Notes: generated by a model from the letters alone, not told the origin. Counted from the first letter of the stretch, positions 9,034 through 19,338 are shown. The stretch is DNA of 64,000 nt from Patescibacteria group bacterium (GCA_050953885.1 JBMNNJ010000001.1:399437-463436), one strand, 5' to 3'. Numbers and translations are program-made.

Positions 9034-10647
9034 TTAATCTCCTTTAAAATACTCTTCTAAAATTTCTCTGGCAATAGGAGCCGCTTCTCGTGAGCCTTCT
9101 CCGCCTTCTTCTAAAAAAACCGTCACCGAAATTTCCGGGTTGTCAATGGGCGCAAAAGCGGTAAACCAGGCGTGGGCGCTTTCCTCGCCTACTTCCGCCG
9201 TGCCTGTTTTGCAGGCAACTTTATTCTCCTCTCCTCTTACTTTAAAATCAAAAAAAGGATAAGCTGTCCCCCCCACCCCATCAGTCGCTAAAGCGGGAGA
9301 ACAAGCTTCCTTCATCCCTTCTATCACCAAATCAAGGTTCTCTTTCTTCAAAGAAAGAGAAGAACATTTTTCCTTAACCGCTGGCTCTCCTTCTTTCTCT
9401 TTTACTACAAACGGCACGCAGAAATTACCGCCATTGGCAAAAACGTTGGTCATCATATTTACCTGAAGCGGAGTAAGCGCTAAATCCCCTTGGCCAATAG
9501 CAAAATGGTAAGTATTCCCCAAAAACCAATCTTCTCCCTTGGTTTCTTTTTTCCACTGCGGCGAGGGCACCAAACCGGCAACTTCCGCCGGCAGATCAAC
9601 TCCTGTCGGTCGGTCAAGATAAAAATTTTTAGCCCAAAAAGCAAGCTTTTCCGCTCCCAACCTTTCCCCCACCTTGTAAAAAAAGACATCATTTGACCGC
9701 TTTATGGCGGTAACAAGATCCACTAATCCCTCTTTTTTACCATACTGTAAAAAATACCAGTTAGCGTAACGAAAATCACCAACTTCAATTACCCCGGTGT
9801 CCTCAATTCGTGTTTGGCCATCAATTACCCCTTCTTCCAAGGCAGCGATCGCTGTTACCAACTTAAAAACAGACCCCGGCGGGAAACGGGCAGAAATAAC
9901 CCGATTTAAAAAGGGGTTGCGCCGATCGCTTAAAAGCGCCTCAATTTTTCCCTCATCTCGTTTGTAGGTAAAAAGATTGGGATCAAAAGAGGGAGAAGAA
10001 GCCAAGGCCAGCACTTCCCCATTTTGAGGGTTGGTTACCACCACTGCGCCTCGTTTTTCCCCCAAAAGAGAAGCTACTTTCTGTTGAAGTTTTGAAGAAA
10101 TCGTCAGTTTTAGATCTTTACCCGGTTTTGCCTCCTGGCGACCAATTTCCCGTAAATTATTCCCTTGGATATCAGTTTCTATCAAGCGCTTTCCTGCCTC
10201 CCCTCTCAACCAACACTCGTACTCTTCTTCCACCCCTCCCCTCCCTTTCCAATCATCAGGAGAATAAGCGCCACAATCATTATTTTCTTTTAGTTCTTCC
10301 TCGCTTACCGGTCCTAAATAGCCCAAAAGATGCGCAAAAGAAGCCCCAAAAGGATAGTAACGCTGATAGGCTAATCTTGCTTCGTGATTATTTGCCTTAT
10401 TCTTTAAGTACTCATCACGACTAATTGCCTTTTCCCCCAAAAAATATTGAGGCAAGTTAACCGCCAAAGGCTCGCGGTCGCGATCAAAAATTATTCCCCG
10501 TGGCGCAGAAATTTTTTCCATCACCAAGCGGTTTTCCTCCGCCATTGTCTGGTATTTTCCTCCCAAAATAATAGTAAGATAAAAAAGCCGACCTGCCAAA
10601 AGGCAAAGCAAGCCAAGAACTAAAAAGCGAAAAATTTTTTTGGCCAT
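9034..10647 (-). CDS. mrdA: Penicillin-binding protein 2-like peptidoglycan transpeptidase
   Basis: N-terminal TM segment plus transpeptidase motifs SVFK (SxxK), SND and KTGT. Lies directly downstream of mreBCD. Confidence 0.85.
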   Translation of the reverse strand: MAKKIFRFLVLGLLCLLAGRLFYLTIILGGKYQTMAEENRLVMEKISAPRGIIFDRDREPLAVNLPQYFLGEKAISRDEYLKNKANNHEARLAYQRYYPFGASFAHLLGYLGPVSEEELKENNDCGAYSPDDWKGRGGVEEEYECWLRGEAGKRLIETDIQGNNLREIGRQEAKPGKDLKLTISSKLQQKVASLLGEKRGAVVVTNPQNGEVLALASSPSFDPNLFTYKRDEGKIEALLSDRRNPFLNRVISARFPPGSVFKLVTAIAALEEGVIDGQTRIEDTGVIEVGDFRYANWYFLQYGKKEGLVDLVTAIKRSNDVFFYKVGERLGAEKLAFWAKNFYLDRPTGVDLPAEVAGLVPSPQWKKETKGEDWFLGNTYHFAIGQGDLALTPLQVNMMTNVFANGGNFCVPFVVKEKEGEPAVKEKCSSLSLKKENLDLVIEGMKEACSPALATDGVGGTAYPFFDFKVRGEENKVACKTGTAEVGEESAHAWFTAFAPIDNPEISVTVFLEEGGEGSREAAPIAREILEEYFKGD

Positions 10648-10650
10648 TTT

Positions 10651-10935
10651 TTATTCCGGTAGCCTTAAACGACCGCCTCCTTTTTTCTCGCCAAAATTTT
10701 CTCTTAAAAAGACCACCAAAAAAACAATCGTCAAATTAATTAGCGCCCACTTCCCTAAGTGATCCATAAGCAAAAAATCCAAGAAAAGGCCAGACCAAAA
10801 AGCGGCGATAAAAATTTTCTCCCCTTGTAAATAAGCCAAAACTAGCACCAGGAAAGGTAATAAAAATTTCCCTCCCAAAACAGCCTCAAACAAAGCCGCC
10901 AAAAATAAAATTAAAAACCAAACTATATTCGTCAT
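10651..10935 (-). CDS. mreD: Small polytopic membrane protein, probably a short MreD
   Basis: 94-aa hydrophobic ORF located between mreC and the PBP2 gene. Only position and hydrophobicity support it. Confidence 0.45.
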   Translation of the reverse strand: MTNIVWFLILFLAALFEAVLGGKFLLPFLVLVLAYLQGEKIFIAAFWSGLFLDFLLMDHLGKWALINLTIVFLVVFLRENFGEKKGGGRLRLPE

Positions 10936-11690
10936 TTAATCACAAAAACATAAACTATTTCTGCCAAAGGAATTTCTCGCTTCACTCTTGCTTCCTTGAA
11001 GACTTTATCCTGGCTTTCTTTTACTTCTACCACTTCTCCCAAGAGAATACCATTTGGGCCGCCAAGAAGAGAAACCAGATCACCGCTTTCTACCTTTTCT
11101 TCTCTTAAAATTTCTTTAATTTCCTCTCCTTTTAAAATTCCCTTTCCTTTTTGACAAGAATCCTCAACCCCTTCTTGGCTCAAACAACCACTTTTATTAG
11201 CAAAAATTAAAACCGGAACCGCCAATCGAGGAGAATCTGCCCGCAAAACTTGACTTCGCTTCTTTTCCACCTTAAAAATCCTCCCCACTAAAAAATTATC
11301 CGCCAAAACTAACTGTTCTTCGCTAATCCCCGCTTCCTCCCCTTTATCAATAATAAAAAAGTCTTTCTCCTGACCAATTATCTTAGCGTCAATAAAACCT
11401 AAGTTTTCCGGCAAGGGAAGCTGAAGAAGACGACGAAGACGGCGGTTTTCTTCTTCAAGCTGTTCTTGGCTTACAAGTTGGCTTTGACAAAAAGCTAATT
11501 TCTGACGAATTTCTTGCTCTTCCTTTGGCAAGGCCAATTCTTCCTTTTTCTCCCTAAAATAAGCCAATAAGGGATTGGTAAAAGAGGCAAAAAAATTCTT
11601 CGCGGGTCCAAAAAGAGGGGTAAAATCCAAAATAAAAATTGCCAGCGCTGTTGCTACCAAGAAAAGATACTTCTTATTATCCTTTTTCAT
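10932..11690 (-). CDS. mreC: Rod shape-determining protein MreC
   Basis: N-terminal TM segment, a coiled-coil segment, then a beta-rich domain. Follows mreB. Confidence 0.7.
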   Translation of the reverse strand: MKKDNKKYLFLVATALAIFILDFTPLFGPAKNFFASFTNPLLAYFREKKEELALPKEEQEIRQKLAFCQSQLVSQEQLEEENRRLRRLLQLPLPENLGFIDAKIIGQEKDFFIIDKGEEAGISEEQLVLADNFLVGRIFKVEKKRSQVLRADSPRLAVPVLIFANKSGCLSQEGVEDSCQKGKGILKGEEIKEILREEKVESGDLVSLLGGPNGILLGEVVEVKESQDKVFKEARVKREIPLAEIVYVFVIK

Positions 11691-11952
11691 AAAATAAATA
11701 ACTAAGCTACTAAATTGCTAAAAACCGAGACACGATACAAGGAGACAAAGAAACACGCTAAGCGCTAAGGTCAAATCTCAAATCTCAAAACCATAAATTA
11801 AAACTCAAAACGCAAATGGCAAATGGCAAAACTACATGTCAAATCTTAAATCTTTCTTAGAGCTTAAAAGTGTTTTTTAGATTTGAGTTTTGAGTTGTAG
11901 TTTTGACATTTAACATTTGAATTTTGCGTTTATTTTTCGTGTCCATTCGTGT

Positions 11953-12990
11953 TTATAATTCTATTTTCACCCGCTCTCTTAATTTGGGGTTATCTAATAA
12001 TTTTGCCGCTCCCAAAACCACTGCCGCTTGGGGATCGGAAGCAATAAAAACAGGCATTTTAATTTCCCGGGAAAAAAAATTGGCTATTTGGGGAAGTTCC
12101 GCCACTCCTCCACATAAAGTAATGCCTCTTTCTAAAAAATCATCCATTAGCTCTGGAGGTGATTCTTCAATCATTTCACTTATCTGGCCAACAATTTGAT
12201 TAAGCACCGGCGTAATCGCCTCCCGCACCTCTTCCGAACTAACTTTAACCGAAATAGGCAAGCCAGTTTCCAAACTTCGGCCACGCACCACCATTACTCT
12301 TTCTTTCTCCAGAGGTAGGGCACTGCCGATATTAATCTTAATTTCCTCCGCCGTAGTCTCACCAATCAAAAGGGAGTATTTCAACCTCAAAAAATTAACT
12401 AACGCTTTATCCATTTTGTAACCCGCCACCCCCAAAGAGCGGTTTAAAACAATCCCCCCCAGAGAAATAACCGCGATTTCCGTTGTCCCCCCACCAATAT
12501 CGCAAATTAAAACTCCGCCCGGTTGCTCCACCGGCAAATCAGCCCCTAATGCCGCCGCCAACGGTTCCTCCACCAAAAAACAGCTTCCCGCTCCTGCCTC
12601 AAGAGTCGCCTCCAAAACCGCCCGCCTTTCTACCTCGGTAGAACCGGAAGGAGTCCCCACCACCACCAAAGGCTTAAAAAAAGCATTCCAAATTTTTCCC
12701 TCCGGGGTCAACTGCTCTAAATAATAGCCAATCATCGCCCGAGCGGCGTCAAAATCGGCAATTACCCCCTCATGCAAAGGGTAAAAGGCTTCAATTGCCT
12801 GGGGGGTCTTGCCAACCATTTTTTTTGCTTCTCCCCCCACGGCCACAATTGCCCCATCTTTTTTCTGTCTGGCAACTACCGAAGGCTGACGAAAAACAAT
12901 CCCCTTCCCTTTTTGATAAACTAAAGTATTAGCCGTTCCCAAATCAATGGCTAATTTTTGCGAAAAACGATCTTTTAAAAAGCTAAGCAT
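11953..12990 (-). CDS. mreB: Rod shape-determining protein MreB
   Basis: 345 aa with actin-fold motifs: IDLGTANTLVY, the phosphate-2 loop DIGGGTTEIAV and LCGGVAELP. Confidence 0.95.
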   Translation of the reverse strand: MLSFLKDRFSQKLAIDLGTANTLVYQKGKGIVFRQPSVVARQKKDGAIVAVGGEAKKMVGKTPQAIEAFYPLHEGVIADFDAARAMIGYYLEQLTPEGKIWNAFFKPLVVVGTPSGSTEVERRAVLEATLEAGAGSCFLVEEPLAAALGADLPVEQPGGVLICDIGGGTTEIAVISLGGIVLNRSLGVAGYKMDKALVNFLRLKYSLLIGETTAEEIKINIGSALPLEKERVMVVRGRSLETGLPISVKVSSEEVREAITPVLNQIVGQISEMIEESPPELMDDFLERGITLCGGVAELPQIANFFSREIKMPVFIASDPQAAVVLGAAKLLDNPKLRERVKIEL

Positions 12991-13135
12991 TATATAAAGT
13001 ATAACATCGGAGAAGAAAACTAAGAAATGATATAATTAAAATTGAAATGCTAAATTGATATCCAAAATAAAGACACAAAAAACCACGATAAAAAATTCAA
13101 AATACAAAATACTAAATACTCGCTTTCAACTATTC

Positions 13136-13212
13136 GGGCCCGTAGCTCAGTTGGCTAGAGCGTCCGCATGGCATGCGGAAGGTCAGGGGTTCAACTCCCC
13201 TCGGGTCCACCA
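13136..13212 (+). tRNA. tRNA-Ala (anticodon GGC)
   Basis: Cloverleaf GGGCCCG-TA-GCTC..GAGC-TCCGC-ATGGCAT-GCGGA-AGGTC-AGGGG-TTCAACT-CCCCT-CGGGTCC-ACCA. It has the Ala identity pair G3:U70 and an encoded CCA. Confidence 0.9.
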
Positions 13213-13217
13213 AAACC

Positions 13218-15287
13218 ATGCCTGAAAAAATAAACCAGAATCTTTCTAAAATTATTTTCTCCTCCTTTTTTCTCCTCTTTTTTCTTGTTCCTCTTTTCTT
13301 CCTCCCCCTCACTTCCGAAATATTTGAAATTAACAAAATGCTCTTAAGCTATGCTTTAGGGGTAACTATTTTTTGGGCTTGGGCCAGTAAGGCTTTTTTG
13401 GGAAAAAATAAAAACTTTGAAAAAACGCCTCTTTTTTGGCCCCTGCTTGCCTTTTGGCTTTCCCAGCTTTTGGCCACCGTTTTCTCAATTCATCCTCGCA
13501 CCTCCTTGCTTGGTTATTATACCCGCCTTAATGGCGGGCTCTTCTCACTCACTCTCTATCTTTTCCTTTATTTTGCCTTTATCAACAATAGCGAAAATAG
13601 CCAAAAAACCAAAAGACTCTTTCTTGGCGCCAATCTTGGCGCCGCCTTTTTAGTTTGCTCTTACGGTATTCTCCAACATTACGGTATTGACGACCAATTT
13701 TGGGTTCAAGATGTCAAACGCCGTGTTTTTTCCACCTTGGGCCAGCCAAACTGGTTGGCCGCCTGGATTGACGCCCTAATTTTTCTCCCTCTTTTTTTCG
13801 CCTCAAAAAAAAATTCTTCTCCCAAAAAAAAGCGCGCAGGAAGTTTGCTCTTTGTTATTTGTTTTATCTGTCTTCTTTTTACCCGCTCCCGCTCCGGGCT
13901 TTTAGCTTTCTTAGCCATTTACCCTCTTTTTTGGTTTCTTCTCTTTTGGCTTAAGCCCAAAAAAGAAAGAAAAAAACTTTTCGCCCCTCTTTTCTTTTTT
14001 AGTTTCCTTATCATCTTTTTAACTTGGATTATTGATCCGGCATTAATAAAGGAAACATTCTCTTCTCTTTCTCCCGTCACTTCCTCTCCTGCCACCACAG
14101 AGATTCCTTCAATTGAACAAGGAGGTAGCCCCACCGAGGAAATCCGTAAAGTTGTCTGGCAAGGGGCAATTAATCTTGGCAAAAAGTACCCTCTTTTGGG
14201 AACCGGTCCAGAAACCTTTGCTTATGCCTACTACTGGGTTCGGCCAAAAGAGCATAATCTTTTATCCGAATGGGATTTTCTTTATAACAAAGCTCATAAC
14301 GAATATCTCAATTATTTGGCTACCAGCGGTTATTTGGGCCTTCTTGCTTACTTGGGATTTATTTTTGCTTTTATTATTATTTATCTTCGAAAAATTAACA
14401 GACAAAAAAGGAGTCGTCTGCAAAACGAAGATTCTTTCTTAACCATTGCTTTATTTTGCGGCTTTCTTACCATTCTTATTACCAATTTTTTTGGCTTTTC
14501 GGTTGTCGCTGTTAATCTTCTTTTCTATCTTATCCCCGCCTTTATTTTTTCTCTTTTTAGAAAAGAAAATAATCATCAAGAGAATCTTTTAAAAACAAAA
14601 ACCAACTCTCTCCCTAAAGAGATCCTTTTTCCCCTCTTTGTTTTTTTACTTTTCTCCTATTTTTTAATCATCAATTACTGGCTGGCGGATTATTATTTTA
14701 ATAAAGCAGAAAAGCATTATCAAGAAGGCCAATACTCATTGGCAAAAAAGGAATACGACCGGGCAAGACAAAAAGCCCCCCATGAGCCTCTTTACCAAAG
14801 CAGCGCCGCTCTCAACACCGCTTCTCTGGCACTAATCGCCGCACCGCAGGAGGGAAAAACCTTAAGCGAACAATTTGGCCAAGAGGCCTTTAAGCTCGGG
14901 CAGGAGGCGATTAAAAATAACCCTTATCACCTGAACCTTTATCGCCAATACGCCCAAACTCTTTTTCTTTTGGGACAAATTGATCCTCAATATTTATCTT
15001 CCTTAGAAAAGGTTCTCTCTGCCGCCCAAAAACTCGCCCCCACCGACCCTAAAATCACCTACAATTTAGGAGTTTTGGCTTCAAGACGAGGAGAAAAAAA
15101 CGAAGCGATTAATTGGCTTGAACAAACAATTAATCTTAAGCCAAACTATGAAACGGCGCGACTGGCTTTAGCAAAAATTTACCAGCAAACAGGTGAAAAA
15201 GAAAAAGCCGAAGAGCAACTAAAATATCTACTTCAATTTATCAATCCTCAAAACGAAGAAGCCCAAAAGTTGCTTGAAGGGTTATAA
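13218..15287 (+). CDS. O-antigen ligase-like (Wzy_C) polytopic membrane protein with C-terminal TPR repeats
   Basis: Many TM helices and a C-terminal TPR region. The ORF-track start at 13173 lies inside tRNA-Ala, so the start was moved to the first ATG after the tRNA (MPEKINQ). The coding sequence contains A9 and A8 tracts. Confidence 0.7.
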   Translation: MPEKINQNLSKIIFSSFFLLFFLVPLFFLPLTSEIFEINKMLLSYALGVTIFWAWASKAFLGKNKNFEKTPLFWPLLAFWLSQLLATVFSIHPRTSLLGYYTRLNGGLFSLTLYLFLYFAFINNSENSQKTKRLFLGANLGAAFLVCSYGILQHYGIDDQFWVQDVKRRVFSTLGQPNWLAAWIDALIFLPLFFASKKNSSPKKKRAGSLLFVICFICLLFTRSRSGLLAFLAIYPLFWFLLFWLKPKKERKKLFAPLFFFSFLIIFLTWIIDPALIKETFSSLSPVTSSPATTEIPSIEQGGSPTEEIRKVVWQGAINLGKKYPLLGTGPETFAYAYYWVRPKEHNLLSEWDFLYNKAHNEYLNYLATSGYLGLLAYLGFIFAFIIIYLRKINRQKRSRLQNEDSFLTIALFCGFLTILITNFFGFSVVAVNLLFYLIPAFIFSLFRKENNHQENLLKTKTNSLPKEILFPLFVFLLFSYFLIINYWLADYYFNKAEKHYQEGQYSLAKKEYDRARQKAPHEPLYQSSAALNTASLALIAAPQEGKTLSEQFGQEAFKLGQEAIKNNPYHLNLYRQYAQTLFLLGQIDPQYLSSLEKVLSAAQKLAPTDPKITYNLGVLASRRGEKNEAINWLEQTINLKPNYETARLALAKIYQQTGEKEKAEEQLKYLLQFINPQNEEAQKLLEGL

Positions 15288-15480
15288 TAGAGCTACATTG
15301 CTAAATTGTTATACTGTCTGCGGGAGATTTTCCCCCAGGAAGGCTAAATTATTTCATTGTTAAATTGATACAGAATACAAGAAAACAAAAAAACACGAGA
15401 AAATAAATTAAAACTCAAATATCAATTTGCCAGCTGGCGGATTACATTTTGCGCTTCTTTATTACGCATAACAAACCTTT

Positions 15481-16017
15481 ATGCTTAAAATTCTCACCGC
15501 TCCCCATCCAGTCTTAACTAAAAAATCAAAACCGATAAGTGATTTTGGGCCGAAAACAAAAGATTTTTGCCGTCAATTATCAGAAACCTTACTTTCCTGC
15601 CAAAATCCAACCGGAGTTGGTTTAGCCGCGCCCCAAGTCGGGAAAAACTGGCAAATCTTTGTTATCAGCCTGCCGGGGGAAAAACCAACTGCTTTTATTA
15701 ACCCAAAAATCGTTAGTCATCCTCAAAAGAAAACCTTTTTTTTGATAGAAAACGAAAAAGGCCAAAAAGGGGAACCCTTCTTAGAAGGCTGCCTATCGCT
15801 ACCTAAAATTTTCGGCGCCGTTAAACGCTGGCCAAAAATTAAAGTAGAGTTTTTTAACCCCGCCGGGGAAAAACAAAAAGCTAAGCTTGAGAACCTTGCC
15901 GCCATTGTTTTTCAACACGAGTATGATCACCTTCAGGGAATTCTCTTTACCCAAAGGATCATCAAACAAGGAGGAGAAGTTTTTCAAGAAAAAAATGGCC
16001 AACTGGAAAAAATCTAA
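15481..16017 (+). CDS. def: Peptide deformylase
   Basis: All three PDF motifs are present: GVGLAAPQVG, EGCLSLP and QHEYDHLQG. Confidence 0.9.
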   Translation: MLKILTAPHPVLTKKSKPISDFGPKTKDFCRQLSETLLSCQNPTGVGLAAPQVGKNWQIFVISLPGEKPTAFINPKIVSHPQKKTFFLIENEKGQKGEPFLEGCLSLPKIFGAVKRWPKIKVEFFNPAGEKQKAKLENLAAIVFQHEYDHLQGILFTQRIIKQGGEVFQEKNGQLEKI

Positions 16018-16912
16018 ACCGCCCTTTCCTTTAGTTTTTTTTGGTTCGGCAGAAAATTCCAACCAAATTTTGGCTTCGCTTCTTAATTTAAAATCTTGTC
16101 AGGTTGTTCTCGCGGTTACCCAGCCGCCTCAACCAACAGGCCGCCAGCAAACACTTCAACCTTCTCCAGTGGCTATTTTTGCCCAAGAAAAAAAAATCCC
16201 GCTTTTGGAAAGTGCTAAACTAGATCAAAAAATAATTGAAATTATTAAAAGTAAAAATCCCTACTTGGGGATAATTGCCGCCTACCGGCAAATAATCCCT
16301 CAAGCCCTAATTGATATTTTCCCCGCCGGCATTATTAATTTTCATCCTTCTTATCTTCCCGAACTTCGCGGCCCAAGCCCTGTCCAAAGTGCCATTTTAC
16401 AAAACAAAAAAACCACCGGCGTCTCCCTAATCTTAATTGACAATAAGATTGATCATGGCCCTATCTTGGCGCAAAAGAAAATCGCCATTTTCCCAAAGGA
16501 CAATCAAGTCACCCTCTCCCAACGCCTTTTTAAAGAAGGCGCAAAATTAATAGAAAAAACCCTGCCTCAATATTTAAAAGGGGAAATTAAACCCTGCCCC
16601 CAAGACCATCATCACGCCAGCTACACCCCACTTCTTAACCGTAATGATGGTCTTATTAAACCACAAGACCTAAAAGAAGCAGTAAATATTGGTGGCAAGA
16701 AGGCAGAATTAATAGAAAGAAAATGGCGCGCTTATCATCCCTGGCCCGGTATTTACACCTTTCTTTCCCTATCCCAAAAGCCCCAAAAAAGAGTAAAAAT
16801 TCTCTCTCTTCACCTTGAAGGCAAAAAATTAGTTTTAGACCAAGTTCAATTTGAGGGAAGAAAACCAATTTCTTGGGATAAAAACTTAAATAAAATCTAC
16901 TTTGAAGAATGA
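15995..16912 (+). CDS. fmt: Methionyl-tRNA formyltransferase
   Basis: Formyltransferase motif NFHPSYLPELRGPSPVQSAI plus a C-terminal Fmt domain. The start was moved to the MANWKK ATG at 15995, so the gene overlaps the def stop. Confidence 0.9.
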   Translation: MANWKKSKPPFPLVFFGSAENSNQILASLLNLKSCQVVLAVTQPPQPTGRQQTLQPSPVAIFAQEKKIPLLESAKLDQKIIEIIKSKNPYLGIIAAYRQIIPQALIDIFPAGIINFHPSYLPELRGPSPVQSAILQNKKTTGVSLILIDNKIDHGPILAQKKIAIFPKDNQVTLSQRLFKEGAKLIEKTLPQYLKGEIKPCPQDHHHASYTPLLNRNDGLIKPQDLKEAVNIGGKKAELIERKWRAYHPWPGIYTFLSLSQKPQKRVKILSLHLEGKKLVLDQVQFEGRKPISWDKNLNKIYFEE

Positions 16913-17871
16913 AAAAAAAGCTCTTTATACTTCTCGCCCTTTCTTTAATTTTTGGTTTAGCCGCCCTTGTCTTTTCTGAAAGAAAAAAGAATCAATCCCA
17001 GCCAATTATTTCTCCCCTTATTTTAAAAGAAGAAATTTTTTCCCAAGAGAATAAAAAACCAATTTGGCAACCCCAAGAGCAACCTAACTTTTTAAACGAA
17101 GATAAGCTTTTCCTTGAAGCCAAGTCGGCTCTTGCTATCGATTGGACCACTGATAAAGTCCTTTTTGCTAAAAATGCCCACCAAAGCTTACCGATCGCTT
17201 CTCTTACCAAATTAATGACCGCTTTTGTTGCCCAAGAAATTGCTCCTCTCAAAACAGAGCTGATCGTTTCTCAAGAAGCCACCAAAGACGGCGAGGCAAG
17301 CATGGGCTTATTAAGTGGGGAAAAATTAACTTTGGAAGAACTTCTTTATGGTCTTTTCCTTGTTTCCGGTAATGACGCCGCCAATGTTATTGCCGAAAAT
17401 TTAGGCGGCCGAAAACAAGCTTTTGTCGCCGCAATGAATCAAAAAGCCAAGCAATTAGGTCTTGAAAAAACCATTTTTTATAATCCCCATGGGTTGGACG
17501 AAGAAAACCAGCCGCCAAATCAAAGCACTGCTTATGAGTTAGCTATCCTAACACGAGCACTATTGGATCAGTTTCCCCAAACACGAGAAATTGTCAAAAC
17601 ACGAGAAATTACTTTCCCCGCTAATAAGGATCATCAAGAATATCGCCTTAAGAATGTATTAGGTCTTGAAGAAACTTATCCGGGTATGGTAGGCGTTAAA
17701 CCGGGGAATACTTTCAGCGCCGGTTATTGTCTTGTTGGCTTAGCGCAAAATAATGGCCATGAAGTTCTTACTGTGCTTTTGAATTCCCCTAACCCAAAGG
17801 AAGAGGTGCGACAATTATTTAACTTTAGCTTCAGTCAACTGACTCTTTCCCCTACCCCCATCGATCGCTAA
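16909..17871 (+). CDS. Serine-type D-Ala-D-Ala carboxypeptidase (peptidase S11, DacA-like)
   Basis: Signal peptide/TM segment, SLTKLMT (SxxK), SGND (SxN) and KPGNT (KTG-like). Confidence 0.8.
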   Translation: MKKKLFILLALSLIFGLAALVFSERKKNQSQPIISPLILKEEIFSQENKKPIWQPQEQPNFLNEDKLFLEAKSALAIDWTTDKVLFAKNAHQSLPIASLTKLMTAFVAQEIAPLKTELIVSQEATKDGEASMGLLSGEKLTLEELLYGLFLVSGNDAANVIAENLGGRKQAFVAAMNQKAKQLGLEKTIFYNPHGLDEENQPPNQSTAYELAILTRALLDQFPQTREIVKTREITFPANKDHQEYRLKNVLGLEETYPGMVGVKPGNTFSAGYCLVGLAQNNGHEVLTVLLNSPNPKEEVRQLFNFSFSQLTLSPTPIDR

Positions 17872-18072
17872 CCGCCCCTCTTTTTTCAATTTACTAAGAC
17901 AACCGGTACATACTTTTATTTCCCTTTTTTCTCCTTTCTCAAAAACGGTTACCTTCTGAAGGTTTGGTAAGCGTACTACCTTTACCCTTTTTTTTACCCA
18001 CTTGCCCGTGCCGGTACGAATAATTTTTCTCCCCTTTGCTGGTCCTTTACCACAAATTTGACAGCGCGCCAT
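17815..18072 (-). CDS. rpmB: 50S ribosomal protein L28
   Basis: MARCQICGKGPAKGRKI...NLQKV resembles the L28 N-terminus. Confidence 0.65.
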   Translation of the reverse strand: MARCQICGKGPAKGRKIIRTGTGKWVKKRVKVVRLPNLQKVTVFEKGEKREIKVCTGCLSKLKKEGRLAIDGGRGKSQLTEAKVK

Positions 18073-18145
18073 TTTTAAAAAGTTAAAAGTTTATCTTGTG
18101 CTATACTAACACAGTAAGGTCAAATTATCAATCAGTTAACCAACG

Positions 18146-18796
18146 GTGCTTTCTTATCTTTTTACTAACCCCCTTTCTTTTTTAATCTTTTTGGCGGCTC
18201 TCTTTTTGGCAATTTCTATTCATGAAGCCGCTCATGCTTGGGCGGCAGACCGTTTAGGTGATCCCACCGCTCGTTTTTCCGGTCGCCTTACTCTTAACCC
18301 CTTTGCTCATCTTGACCCCTTGGGAACTTTAATGCTTTTCCTTTTTGGCTTTGGCTGGGGAAAGCCCGTTCCGGTTGATTATTATAACTTACGTCAGCCC
18401 CGCCGCGATGCCGCTTTAATTTCTCTTGCCGGCCCGCTTTCAAACCTTGTCCTGGCAATTTTCATTTCTCTTGCCTGGCATTTGGGAATTTATCTTTCCC
18501 CTCCTTCCGCTCAAATTCTTTCTTTCTTTTTCTTCCCCCTACTCCAGCTAAACTTAGTTTTAGGCATTTTTAACCTCCTTCCTCTTAATCCTTTAGACGG
18601 CGGAAAAATTTTAACCGGTTTTCTTCCTTCTCCCCAATCAGAAGCAGTCGAAAGCTTTTTAGAAAGTTATAGTCTTATTCTTCTCATTCTCCTTTTCCTT
18701 CCCTTATTTGGGGGTCATTCTCTTCTTGACTTTATTATCAGTCCCTTGATCAACTTTTTCCAAACCCTTCTTACCCCCCATTCCTTTCTTCTTTAG
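18146..18796 (+). CDS. Site-2 protease family (peptidase M50) membrane metalloprotease
   Basis: HEAAHAW (HExxH) in a TM helix plus NLLPLNPLDGGKI (the LDG motif). Confidence 0.8.
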   Translation: MLSYLFTNPLSFLIFLAALFLAISIHEAAHAWAADRLGDPTARFSGRLTLNPFAHLDPLGTLMLFLFGFGWGKPVPVDYYNLRQPRRDAALISLAGPLSNLVLAIFISLAWHLGIYLSPPSAQILSFFFFPLLQLNLVLGIFNLLPLNPLDGGKILTGFLPSPQSEAVESFLESYSLILLILLFLPLFGGHSLLDFIISPLINFFQTLLTPHSFLL

Positions 18797-18804
18797 AAAA
18801 AAAT

Positions 18805-18962
18805 AGTCCTGCCTTGAGGTTTAAACAAGAAGTGTTCCCCGGCTAAAGCCAAGGCGGGATCCTGTCTGCTTTTATTTGAAAAAGCAAGAACGCGGTATCC
18901 CTTACACTCATTGTTGGTGAGGAAGACTCTCTTGTTTTGCTTCCCCTCTTTGGCAGGACTAA
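18805..18962 (+). ncRNA. Candidate structured small RNA closed by a terminal helix AGTCCTGCC...GGCAGGACT. Its identity is unknown; SRP RNA or 6S RNA are possibilities. Strand assignment is uncertain.
   Basis: A 158-nt non-coding gap between the M50 protease gene and tRNA-Thr. A perfectly complementary 9-nt closing stem encloses GC-rich internal hairpins. There is a weak resemblance (AAAGCCAAGGCGGGA) to the SRP domain IV motif. Confidence 0.25.
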
Positions 18963-19093
18963 TTAAAGAATAGCAAAAATAAACTTTCTTGTCAACCCCG
19001 CCTTTTTCTGCTAAAATCAAAGTCACCTGATAAAGCCTTAGACTGATCTTGTCGCCTTAGTTTAAACGGTAGAATAATTGTTTTGTCTGTCTG

Positions 19094-19174
19094 TTTTGAT
19101 ATGCCGTCCTGGCTCAATGGCAGAGCAATGGTTTTGTAAACCATAGGTTGTCGGTTCGAATCCGACGGACGGCT
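19094..19174 (+). tRNA. tRNA-Thr (anticodon UGU)
   Basis: Acceptor stem GCCGTCC/GGACGGC, anticodon arm ATGGT-TTTGTAA-ACCAT, TpsiC arm GTCGG-TTCGAAT-CCGAC. No encoded CCA. Confidence 0.85.
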
Positions 19175-19266
19175 CAAGGCGCGTCGGCACGGTAAACCGT
19201 TGATAACAATTCCCTGCCAGCCACCTTTGCCTAAATGGCTGAGTGGTAAAAACCCTACACTTTTCG

Positions 19267-19338
19267 CCAAGGTAGCTCAGTTGGTAGAGCACGTCTTTGG
19301 TAAAGACGAGGTCACGGGTTCGATCCCCGTCCTTGGCT
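19267..19338 (+). tRNA. tRNA-Thr (anticodon GGU)
   Basis: Acceptor stem GCCAAGG/CCTTGGC, anticodon arm CGTCT-TTGGTAA-AGACG, TpsiC arm ACGGG-TTCGATC-CCCGT. Confidence 0.85.

Noticed and set aside
13130-13336. Minus-strand ORF of 68 aa, and the 5' end of the ORF-track entry 13173-15287, overlapping tRNA-Ala
   Set aside because: The region is a tRNA gene. The real CDS start was moved to 13218, and the antisense ORF is spurious.
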